From the NCBI GenBank assembly GCA_038848525.1, contig JAWCNN010000004.1, positions 11,595-75,594 on the forward strand: DNA of 64,000 nucleotides, read 5' to 3'. Below the pieces are notes generated by a model. It saw nothing but the letters and a program-made list of their open reading frames with translations, ran no database searches and had not been told where the DNA came from. Positions 55,006 through 63,567 of this stretch are shown one piece after another. A program made the translations under genes and the position numbers. This stretch comes from Candidatus Bathyarchaeia archaeon (GTDB taxonomy: Archaea; Thermoproteota; Bathyarchaeia; Bathyarchaeales; Bathycorpusculaceae). Position 1 is the stretch's first letter. Every line of letters starts with the position of its first letter.

Positions 55006-56278
55006 GTTGGATTTTCTTTCCAGTGAAATTGAGGATGTTCCTTTCTATTTGGTTTTTGCAACTGCGGATTTTCTCCAGCGTTTCGTTATATGTTTGCCTT
55101 AGCACGCCTATTTCAGACTCAACAATTTTTCTCCGTTGCTCCAGCCTTTCAACATGCTCTTGAAGCTTTGCCAAGTGGCTTTTGACTTCAGCCATTTCCG
55201 CTGATGTGGAGAGCTTGTTTTTCCGAGTTGTGGCATCCACGCATTTTTGATGCAGACCCACAAGCGAATTCCCATTTAAAATTTCGTTTATGGTTTGCTG
55301 AGCCTTACGCATTTTGTCTTGTTTAAGCTTAAGTTTCCCCTCAGCCATTAAACGCATTAGCTTTTGGAGAATCTGCCTCAACAATGGATAGCCAGCCCCC
55401 TCCGAAGCAAAAGCCTCAAATGGATTAGTCAAATACTGGTTAAGCTTATTAATTTCTTCTGGGGTTAAACCGCTTCCTCCACCGTGGACGGCTAATGCCT
55501 GAAGTTTTATGAAAGGCTTCTGAAGGTGACGCAAAACATTTTTAACTTCGTTGTTTAAGGCTTCAATTTCCATGCCTAACTGGTTTAGTTGGCTTATCCC
55601 TCCATGACTTTTTAAATCGACTATTTTCTGTTGTGTTTCAGCCATTTCACGCTCAATTGAAACTTTTTCGTTTTCAAGGTTTTTACGCTGTTCATCCAAC
55701 CTTGTTATTTGCCCTTCAAGAGTTTGCAAATCATCTATTAGCTGAAAGGTTTCCTCAAGAGTTTTTGTTTTAACATACTCCTTCAAAAGAAAATCATTCA
55801 ATTCTCCAAGCTGTTCCTTCGCCTTTTCAAAAGCTGTCTGGAATTTCCGCCTATCCAAAATGAAAAAGGGCGAAATCCTTGGAAACCAATTTCTAATGTC
55901 AATTTCCGTAACCAAAAACGCCTTTTGCGTTTCCTGAACGAAACCGCAAAAGCCATCATAAGAAACTTTTTCTGGAATCTCAATCTGCTCTATTCTCTCA
56001 AGAAAAAGACGTGAAAGCTTGTTTAGGGCTCTTGCCCTCCCAAAAGTTTTCATGTTCCGCTTTTCAATTTCCCTTCCACTATTATCCAAAAGCATTTTGC
56101 TTGCTTCTCTAAGGCTTTCAAGAGCCTTACGCATTTCATCAAGCAACTTATGGGCTTTCGCATGCACTGGTGTAAAAACAGCTTTAGTTTCACTTTCAAG
56201 CCAACCTTTAACGCTTGCAGAGGAGAATTTTAGGGTTTCAGACAAGCGGTTTCCCAATAGAAAATATACGCCAAACAT
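54995..56278 (-). CDS. hypothetical long coiled-coil protein
   Basis: 427-aa ORF, largely heptad-like. It overlaps the phosphatase start by 11 nt. Confidence 0.5.
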   Translation of the reverse strand: MFGVYFLLGNRLSETLKFSSASVKGWLESETKAVFTPVHAKAHKLLDEMRKALESLREASKMLLDNSGREIEKRNMKTFGRARALNKLSRLFLERIEQIEIPEKVSYDGFCGFVQETQKAFLVTEIDIRNWFPRISPFFILDRRKFQTAFEKAKEQLGELNDFLLKEYVKTKTLEETFQLIDDLQTLEGQITRLDEQRKNLENEKVSIEREMAETQQKIVDLKSHGGISQLNQLGMEIEALNNEVKNVLRHLQKPFIKLQALAVHGGGSGLTPEEINKLNQYLTNPFEAFASEGAGYPLLRQILQKLMRLMAEGKLKLKQDKMRKAQQTINEILNGNSLVGLHQKCVDATTRKNKLSTSAEMAEVKSHLAKLQEHVERLEQRRKIVESEIGVLRQTYNETLEKIRSCKNQIERNILNFTGKKIQLEA

Positions 56279-56357
56279 ATTTACTTTTCCAGAAAATGCA
56301 TACTCATTTCTGAGTAGCTACTCTTAAATAGTAGTTAAAAGTACACACGGCAACCGT

Positions 56358-56972
56358 GTGATAAAAATGAATTCGAAACAAACAGCATTTATTGCAGCCA
56401 TGAGCGCTTTAGGACTCACATTATCGGCAACCTCAACCAACATGGCGCCATTATTGGAGGCGGCAGGTGGACAAGCAGGAGCAGCGCTTGACCTTTCTCA
56501 CGTAGCAACTTTTATAGCTGCCATTTTCGGCGGACCCTACATAGGTGCTATTGTTGGATTTTTAGGCGGTATATATGCTGGGTATCATTTTGGATATGTT
56601 GTTGGCACGCTTGGATTGCTTTCACTCATAGGAGTGCCTTTTGGAAAAGCTTTAACTGGATTAACGGCTGGTTTCCTTTATAAAAGATTGAAAGTGAACA
56701 ACAGCCGTAGACCTTCCACCTTAACCGTTCCTATAACGTTGATATCCTACGTTCCAGAATGCATTTACACGATTATTTACTTCTTATACATGGTTCAGTT
56801 TTTCTATGGATTTGGAATGGGTTTTATGGTTTCAATAGTTATTCCAAAGGCGTGGATAGAAATAACCGTAATGAGTTTCCTAATGGGTGCGTTAGCTGGA
56901 AATAATGGCTTCAAGGAATTCATCAACAGATTTTATGTTCCACATTTGAAAATTGCCAAATCAGAAACCTAA
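56358..56972 (+). CDS. polytopic membrane protein, ECF S-component-like by eye
   Basis: 204 aa with about six TM helices. The LDLSHVATFIAAIFGGPYIGAIVG pattern resembles vitamin-transporter S components. Confidence 0.4.
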   Translation: MIKMNSKQTAFIAAMSALGLTLSATSTNMAPLLEAAGGQAGAALDLSHVATFIAAIFGGPYIGAIVGFLGGIYAGYHFGYVVGTLGLLSLIGVPFGKALTGLTAGFLYKRLKVNNSRRPSTLTVPITLISYVPECIYTIIYFLYMVQFFYGFGMGFMVSIVIPKAWIEITVMSFLMGALAGNNGFKEFINRFYVPHLKIAKSET

Positions 56973-57938
56973 AGATTTCTTTAACATTTCTGCGTTAATT
57001 TCTCCAGTTTTAAAGATTTTACCAGTTTTCACGTTGTTTATTACCAAAACTGCTGGTGCGAAGAGATTTGGGTCTATCTTGTAAAAGTTGTGGTTGGCTT
57101 CTTCGAAAATTTCTATGAAGGTTTTCCCATAATCTTTAGATGCCTTAGATGGTGCTTTCGTCACTATTTCCACAAGTTTTTCTTCATCGGCGCACTCAAT
57201 CGCATAATAGGCTGTTCCGCCATATAGGATTGCGTCGTTTGTCCTTGCCATTGCATTTGCAAATTTTGGGTGAACAGGCGGAATTGGAGTGCATCCCCAA
57301 GCATACAAAATTGTGTTTGGGTTTAATCCCAACTTGCTTAACTTGTGGATGCCAGTTTCAACTATTCTTCCAGCGATTTGTGTTGCACCAGTTAGGCTTG
57401 TGGTTGGCGTCAAAATTACCGCAAAATTTTCAGGAGAAACTCCGCAATCTTTTGCTAGGCGTTCCACAAGTTTTTCAGGCGGATGCTTATCGGTTTCTAA
57501 AACTACAATGCCCTTATCAAAACTGTCTTTATACCCGATTTCCGCATAAATTTTCTTAGGCTTTAGGGCTAAGGCTCTTGCTGGTCCAGAGCCAATAGCA
57601 GAATAATCGCCTTCTTTTATTTGCCATCCTGCAAACTGTGAGCCTAATGTGGCTATTGCTGGGTGGTCTGTGTAAACAAGTATGGAGGGAAGCACTAAAT
57701 CGCCATAACGCCTACTGGTTATTTGGGCTTTTCCACATCCGCCCATGCAAATTTCCGTTATGACCTTTCCAGCTTGAAATCCGCCTTTGGCTTTTACTCC
57801 AGCATCCACAATTGCTGCGCCTAAACTTGTCCTTTCAACCTTCACGTTGTAAAAATCTGGGTTTGTACATAGTTTCTCTAGGAGTTTCCATGCCAAACGG
57901 TTAACGCTTAAAGTTTTCAAAGCGTCTTCTCCCGACAA
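56961..57938 (-). CDS. mch: methenyltetrahydromethanopterin cyclohydrolase
   Basis: 325 aa. The N-terminal LSVNRLAWKLLEKL...AAIVDAGVKAKGGFQAGKVITEICMGG pattern is characteristic of Mch. Confidence 0.88.
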   Translation of the reverse strand: MSGEDALKTLSVNRLAWKLLEKLCTNPDFYNVKVERTSLGAAIVDAGVKAKGGFQAGKVITEICMGGCGKAQITSRRYGDLVLPSILVYTDHPAIATLGSQFAGWQIKEGDYSAIGSGPARALALKPKKIYAEIGYKDSFDKGIVVLETDKHPPEKLVERLAKDCGVSPENFAVILTPTTSLTGATQIAGRIVETGIHKLSKLGLNPNTILYAWGCTPIPPVHPKFANAMARTNDAILYGGTAYYAIECADEEKLVEIVTKAPSKASKDYGKTFIEIFEEANHNFYKIDPNLFAPAVLVINNVKTGKIFKTGEINAEMLKKSLGF

Positions 57939-58007
57939 GGGACTTTTAAGATTTGTTTTTGTAAGTTCTAAATTATAGGTGAAATCAGTTCATAAACCTT
58001 CACAACA

Positions 58008-58902
58008 TCAAATTCTATTTTTAACAAGACTGTAATGTGGGTGATAACAAGTTACTTCAAATCCTAATTTCTGAGCTATTTTAAACGAACTGATATTTTC
58101 TTTGTTGCAACTCCATACTGGTTCATAACCGTTTTCTAGGCAATAATCAATTAAAGCGGCAGCCGGATAAATTCCATAGCCCTGTCTGCGAAATTTTTCG
58201 TTAGTTTCTATTCCAAGTTCAAGATTTCTATCCACTATCCACGATGAAAAACAAGTACTGATAACCGTACCTTCATTCAGTAGACAGAATCCAATGCCTT
58301 CTTTTAAAAAGTGGTCAGGTGAATCCCAGAAATTTTTAGGTACGACTTTCCCTGAAATTTTTTGAAATAGATTTTTATCTATTTTGACAATTTTGAATCC
58401 TTCAGGGATTTTCATCTTTCCCTTTATATTATTGCAATAATTATGCTTGTTAAATTTGAAATTTACTCGAGTCCACTTAACAACAAAGCGTTCTTTTACA
58501 CTGTTAATATAAGATTCAAATTCATGGTTGCCAACTTCATGAGATTTTAATTCCGAATAGCTAATCAGCAAACCATTAAGTAATATTTCTAATTGTTGGT
58601 TCCATTTTTCAGGGTACACCATTAACCATTCAGGCTTCGAAACACCTATGTTTTTGTTTAACATAATTTTTGTTTAACATAATATTGCGTAGCTGGATGT
58701 TAAATTCGGTGTTTGAGCAACTACCACATAAAAAGTGCCATTCCGTATTTGTGACAAATTAAACTAACAGTTGGGTTTGATGCATCATCTACATAATTGA
58801 ACCTTGCACTTTGTTTTCAACAACCACTTGGGCGTAATAAACATTGAATGGAACTTCGTTCATCAAATGGCGCACTTTAAAATATTCAAGAGGTTTTATC
58901 AT
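58008..58902 (-). pseudogene. GNAT-family acetyltransferase gene disrupted by three frame changes (the 218-aa 3' ORF at 58008..58664 remains open)
   Basis: The upstream 240 nt translate in shifting frames. The pieces are MIKPLEYFKVRHLMNEVPFNVYYAQVVVENKVQGSI, then YVDDASNPTVSLICHKYGMALF, then CGSCSNTEFNIQLRNIMLNKN. Removing a 16-bp tandem duplication joins the last piece in frame to the 218-aa ORF. Confidence 0.6.
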
Positions 58903-58936
58903 GTAATGTTCCCTATGTATGCTTGCTGGCAATGTT

Positions 58937-59770
58937 TTAAATCTTATTAAAAAGTTTTTCGTAATGGTTTAGATGGGTGTTCCGCTCTTTTGAAACATAA
59001 AGTTTGCCTTCGCCATGTTCCGCAAGGTCTCCGACGAAAAGATAAAAAGGTCCTACAACAGTTTCGTCTCCTTCAATTTTAACCCTTTCTTTGACGCCTT
59101 CTATTGTGAAAGTGGGCAGAGCAGACTCTAAAAACCCTTCGATGACTATTTTGCCACCCCTCATGCATGCTCCAGCTCTTCCATCAGAATCCTTTTGAAC
59201 GTAAATTGTTCCGTTGCGCATTCTGAAACCCAAAAATTGACCAGCACACCCGTAAACTTTTATTATGCCGTTTCTCATGTAAGCGCCAGCCTCGTTTCCA
59301 ACATCTCCATAAACGATTATTTTGCCGCCACGCATGCCCTCGCTGCTTCCACGGTATGGAGCGCCCAAATAAGCGCCAGCGTTTCCGTGAATTTTTATAA
59401 TGCCTCCCTTCATCATCGCCCCAGCCCCTCCGTCCACATTCCCATACACATTTATTTCACCGCCTTTTATTTCCACACCCAAGTGCATTCCAACATCCCC
59501 ATAAACTGTTATTTTTCCATTTTTCATGCCAGCGCCGATTCTCCGAACCTTTCCCACGTTACCCCTAATGGTTATGGCTTCATCATCCGACGAGTTTTCA
59601 GTTTTAGCCTCTTCAACCTTAAAGAGTTCTCTGAGCTTTTTCTGTTTGTTTCCTTCCCAAATTTTCAGTTCCCCTATTTCCTCAATTGTTTTGCCGTGGA
59701 AAACATCTGGGTTTATACATTCGGCAATCAGTGGAAACCTGAACTCTCTAGTGGGATGCAAAATTATCAT
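58937..59770 (-). CDS. fwdC: formylmethanofuran dehydrogenase subunit C
   Basis: 277 aa of repeated G-x-x-G-x-x-M-x-x-G beta-helix turns (GltB C-terminal-like). Confidence 0.88.
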   Translation of the reverse strand: MIILHPTREFRFPLIAECINPDVFHGKTIEEIGELKIWEGNKQKKLRELFKVEEAKTENSSDDEAITIRGNVGKVRRIGAGMKNGKITVYGDVGMHLGVEIKGGEINVYGNVDGGAGAMMKGGIIKIHGNAGAYLGAPYRGSSEGMRGGKIIVYGDVGNEAGAYMRNGIIKVYGCAGQFLGFRMRNGTIYVQKDSDGRAGACMRGGKIVIEGFLESALPTFTIEGVKERVKIEGDETVVGPFYLFVGDLAEHGEGKLYVSKERNTHLNHYEKLFNKI

Positions 59771-61462
59771 TTAAACGTTTGCCTCCATGTTTATTGAATG
59801 CGAAAACGCAAGGTAACTTTCAAGCACTGGATAATTTTCAAATTCAACCGTCCAGTAATCTCTAAACTTTTTCTTCATTTCTTCAGTTATTTTTGTTTGT
59901 TCGGAAACTTTGATGTTGAGCCACATTGTGGCGCCTTGAAAATGCGTTAAAACTTCTCCGTCTTTAACAACTATTTTTCCGTTTTTAATTGTGTAGGCAG
60001 CGCTTTTGAAGGCTTTTCTTAAAAGCCTATATTTTCTAGACGGGTCTGTTTTTTCCGGGTTAAAAGCGTATATGGATATGTCAGCGTCTGCTCCTATGCC
60101 TAAATGTCCTTTATTTTTAAGCCCCAAAGCTTTTGCTTGTCCAGCCCTTGTCATCACTGCAATTTCGTGGAAGCTTAATTCACGATTTATTGATGGAAGG
60201 AGGCTTCTGTTTTTTGCTCGTGTGTTAATCTTTTTGAGGGTTTTTTCTCTGGCTTTTTCGCTCATTAGCCAAGCTATAATTTTCGGGTAAGCCGTGAATG
60301 GTCCACCGTTCGGATGGTCTGTTGTCAAAAAAATTTTCCATGGATCCTTTATTAGTAAGGCTAGTTCAAGCCCTATTGACCATTGAATGGCGTGGACGTA
60401 GCTTTTCCGCTTGTAATGGAAAGGCACGATGCCAGCGCTTGTTTCGGTTTCCACGTCGTGGTTTACCCATTTGTTCCCGCTTAATTCATAAAGCGTGTAC
60501 TGAAATGGGCCGTCAGCTGTCATTGTTGTCGTGTCGGTGAAAATCACTTGTCCCATGTCTAGGGTTACATGTGAATATGTATTCACGTAGTTTGCGATTT
60601 CCTCAGCGCCTGACTCCAGCGTTCGCCAATCTTCGCCTTTAAAAGCTGAAAATTGACAGTGGGTTATGTGAATTGCTGGTTTGCCTTCAAAGGCTAGGTC
60701 TTCAACACACTTCATTGTTTCCAATGTTGTTTGGTAGTTTCCAGGTTTTCCAAGGTTGTTTGTGTGAACGTGAATTGTGTGGGGCAAGTTTAAAAGCTTG
60801 TTCACTTTGCAGAGTCCGCGAATGATTTCGCGTGGCGTTATGCAGAAGTATGGAACTTGGTCGTCTAGGCTTTTCACGTTGCAGCCGAAACCCCAAGCTT
60901 CTAACCCGCCTGGATTAACAATTTTTATTGCATAGCCTTTGGTTGAAGTTATCATCCAAGCTACATGTTTCGCGCATTCTTCTATTTCGCCGTTTTTTAG
61001 GTATTCAAGGACAAACCACCAGTCGCCTAGAAGCGGATAAGTGGCTTTGTCAACCATGGGTGTGTCGTTTAACTCTTCATGTGTGTGTTTAGCCTCTAAA
61101 GGAGGCATTGAAGGATTCATTATTGTAGTGTAGCCCATCCTTGCATAACGGTAACCAGTTGTAAAGGTTGAAGGAATAGAATAGCCAACGCCGGCTCTTG
61201 TCACAGTTGTTTTCGTTTCAAAATCCCTGTAATGATCTTCTGGTCTCAGCAGTCTTCCAGTGTTCACTTCTGAACCTGCAATGTGACAGTGGATGTCCAC
61301 TCCGCCGGGCATAACAATCATTCCTGAAGCGTCGATTTTCTTGGCTTTGTGTTCATTGACTTTTTCAACAATTTTTCCGTCTTTGACTGCTAAGTCTATT
61401 TTTTCGCCTTTAACATTGTTAATGGGGTCGTAAATAAAACCGTTTTTTATGAGAAGCTCCAT
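59771..61462 (-). CDS. fwdA: formylmethanofuran dehydrogenase subunit A (amidohydrolase)
   Basis: 563 aa with the metal-binding motif GGVDIHCHIAG. Its size and its neighbours fwdB/fwdC support the call. Confidence 0.9.
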   Translation of the reverse strand: MELLIKNGFIYDPINNVKGEKIDLAVKDGKIVEKVNEHKAKKIDASGMIVMPGGVDIHCHIAGSEVNTGRLLRPEDHYRDFETKTTVTRAGVGYSIPSTFTTGYRYARMGYTTIMNPSMPPLEAKHTHEELNDTPMVDKATYPLLGDWWFVLEYLKNGEIEECAKHVAWMITSTKGYAIKIVNPGGLEAWGFGCNVKSLDDQVPYFCITPREIIRGLCKVNKLLNLPHTIHVHTNNLGKPGNYQTTLETMKCVEDLAFEGKPAIHITHCQFSAFKGEDWRTLESGAEEIANYVNTYSHVTLDMGQVIFTDTTTMTADGPFQYTLYELSGNKWVNHDVETETSAGIVPFHYKRKSYVHAIQWSIGLELALLIKDPWKIFLTTDHPNGGPFTAYPKIIAWLMSEKAREKTLKKINTRAKNRSLLPSINRELSFHEIAVMTRAGQAKALGLKNKGHLGIGADADISIYAFNPEKTDPSRKYRLLRKAFKSAAYTIKNGKIVVKDGEVLTHFQGATMWLNIKVSEQTKITEEMKKKFRDYWTVEFENYPVLESYLAFSHSINMEANV

Positions 61463-62919
61463 TAGGCATCTCCGCCGTTTTTCCTCTTGTTTTTCTTAAC
61501 TTCTAAAAGAATTCTTTTCAGGATTTCTTCATCTGGAAGCACTCCTTTAGGTGGTTCAACGATTTTTTTAAGCGGTATTGGCACGTGGTCCATGCGGTAG
61601 GCTGTACCGCTTGCTTCTATTCCAACGAAAGCCGATGGCAAAACGACATCAGCCATTTGCGCTGTCACATTCATGTGTGGGTCTATAACTATTAAGGGGT
61701 TTTTAACTAAATGTTCAACAGCTTTTCTTGGAAAGTTTGCAGCTGGGTCTGAAGCAACTATTAAAGCGGCGTCTGACTCTCTGCGCAAAAGCACATCGAC
61801 AACTGATGTTTCACCAGGGTTATAACGTGGATAACCCATGGAAAAATCCACAGCGTATGGATAACCAGTCTGCCAAGTGAAAACAGTGTTAGCGCCTGTA
61901 ACGTTAAAGTGTCCCCTCATGGGCATTATAACAAACTTTGTCCGCATGTTCAAGTCGCGGATTAAAGAAAGCGCCGCGTCCACATTTCTAAGTTTGCCGC
62001 TGCTCATTGTTAATCCTAACCCGAAGAATAACGCTCCAAAGTTGCAGTTAACCATTAAATCTGCAACTTCCTCCAAATATTCAACTGGAACACCTGCAAC
62101 CTCGCTGACTTCGATTTCTTGGTCTCGGACCAAAGCGCGAAGGGTTTGAAGAAGCTCATAATCCCTGTTAGGCTCAACTTGGATGAAGTAATCAGCCATT
62201 TCAGCGGTTTTTGTCCTTCTAACGTCAACAACCACAAGTTTTCTTCCTTCTTTTGAAAGCGTAGGTGGAGGTTCCCTTTTTGGGTAATGTTCGGTGGAAA
62301 AAGCCTTTTTTGGTAGTAAACGCTTGATGGAGGTTTCAATTTTCTTTTTGACGTTTGAAGCTTTAATTTTTGTAATGTAGCTTTTCCATGCGCTTTTTTG
62401 GAATTTTCCATGGGAAAAGGCTGTGTAACGTTCTATGTGGCGTGGATGGGCGCTCCAAGGGTCGCATCCCCAATAAATGATGAGGTCGGCTCTGTGTCTA
62501 ATCTGTCCTAAAGTGCAAGATGGAATGCCCACTTCTTGAATGCTTAAAATTGATGGTCCATGGCAGACAACCGATGTGTTGTCGATTACTCCGCCTGTTT
62601 CCTCTGCCAATTCCAATCCAACACGAATAGCTTCACAGCTTGTTGAACTCCAACCGTACAATATTGGATAGTTAGCTTCAGCCAGGATTTCCGCAGCCCT
62701 TCGGATAGCCTCTTTAAGCGAAACTTTAACGAATTCGCCGTTTCTCCGTATAAGAGGCTTCAAAACCCTATGTTCACTGTTGTATCCTAAAAATTTTGAT
62801 TCACACATGGCGCAGCCGTTTTTAACTTTAACGATTCTTCCATCCTTAACGGTTAATTCTACGTCGTCGCATAAACTTCCGCAAACAGGACAAGTTACAG
62901 CCTTAACAACCACAGCCAT
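61462..62919 (-). CDS. fwdB: formylmethanofuran dehydrogenase subunit B (Mo/W-bisPGD subunit, Cys type)
   Basis: N-terminal CPVCGSLCDD...C..C cluster and a candidate metal-ligand Cys in NTSVVCHGPS. It is about 45 aa longer than I expect for FwdB. Confidence 0.88.
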   Translation of the reverse strand: MAVVVKAVTCPVCGSLCDDVELTVKDGRIVKVKNGCAMCESKFLGYNSEHRVLKPLIRRNGEFVKVSLKEAIRRAAEILAEANYPILYGWSSTSCEAIRVGLELAEETGGVIDNTSVVCHGPSILSIQEVGIPSCTLGQIRHRADLIIYWGCDPWSAHPRHIERYTAFSHGKFQKSAWKSYITKIKASNVKKKIETSIKRLLPKKAFSTEHYPKREPPPTLSKEGRKLVVVDVRRTKTAEMADYFIQVEPNRDYELLQTLRALVRDQEIEVSEVAGVPVEYLEEVADLMVNCNFGALFFGLGLTMSSGKLRNVDAALSLIRDLNMRTKFVIMPMRGHFNVTGANTVFTWQTGYPYAVDFSMGYPRYNPGETSVVDVLLRRESDAALIVASDPAANFPRKAVEHLVKNPLIVIDPHMNVTAQMADVVLPSAFVGIEASGTAYRMDHVPIPLKKIVEPPKGVLPDEEILKRILLEVKKNKRKNGGDA

Positions 62920-63029
62920 CTAAACCCAGCAGCCTCTAAACCCTTTTTAACTCTCAAATGAAAAGTTAACCATTAAACCTTTTGGTATCCCGCAAACTCT
63001 AGAAAACATGAACGGACTAGTTTACATGT

Positions 63030-63428
63030 TTACTTTCCAAACTCTTTTTTGAGAAGTTCTTTAAGGTTTAGAACAGGCTTTTCAGCTGGTTCAATTATCG
63101 CCGGAATCCCCTTAAAGGAAGGCATGCCGACGCTGTTGGTTTCAGGGTCTACTACAACGTTTGCCCATGGTCCATAAGGAATATAAACTATTCCAGGATG
63201 GGGCGCCCTTAAAGATTTTAACGCTTTAACAGTTACTGAGCCGTGGGCTGTTGAAACTTGAACGTTTGTTTTTTCCTTTATTCCAAGCTTTTTCAAGTCT
63301 TGAGGGTCCATGTAACAAACTGAAACACTTTCCACATACTCTTTAGAAGTTTTTCCACGTTCTTTCCCAACGCCTTGCTCTATTGTTCTTCCCGTAAGCA
63401 ACGTAACACGCAGTTTCGCTTTATCCAT
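63030..63428 (-). CDS. fwdD: formylmethanofuran dehydrogenase subunit D (molybdopterin dinucleotide-binding domain)
   Basis: Start moved to MDKAKLRVTLLTGRTIEQG. The barrel-domain pattern is typical of FwdD. Confidence 0.8.
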   Translation of the reverse strand: MDKAKLRVTLLTGRTIEQGVGKERGKTSKEYVESVSVCYMDPQDLKKLGIKEKTNVQVSTAHGSVTVKALKSLRAPHPGIVYIPYGPWANVVVDPETNSVGMPSFKGIPAIIEPAEKPVLNLKELLKKEFGK

Positions 63429-63567
63429 TTTTAACACGATTTGAAAATGAATTGTCAGTTTGTAATTAACTTTTATCCTCGCCGACAAAGGTTAAAATAG
63501 TCAGCTATAAGAAAGGCTTTTAAGTTAGATTTGAGGGTTTAAAAGGGTGCGTTAACTTTGAATTAAG

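Noticed and set aside
59195-59797. 200-aa plus-strand ORF antisense to fwdC. Similar long antisense ORFs occur at 5791-6288, 26189-26785 and 51637-52197.
   Set aside because: Each is antisense to a gene with strong family motifs (FwdC, CBS, DUF373/coiled-coil, Thi4). Their translations are Ser/Pro/Thr-rich with low complexity, typical of shadow ORFs.
61462-62919. Selenocysteine (TGA) or other recoding in fwdB
   Set aside because: The ORF is uninterrupted and the candidate metal-ligand position is an ordinary Cys codon.
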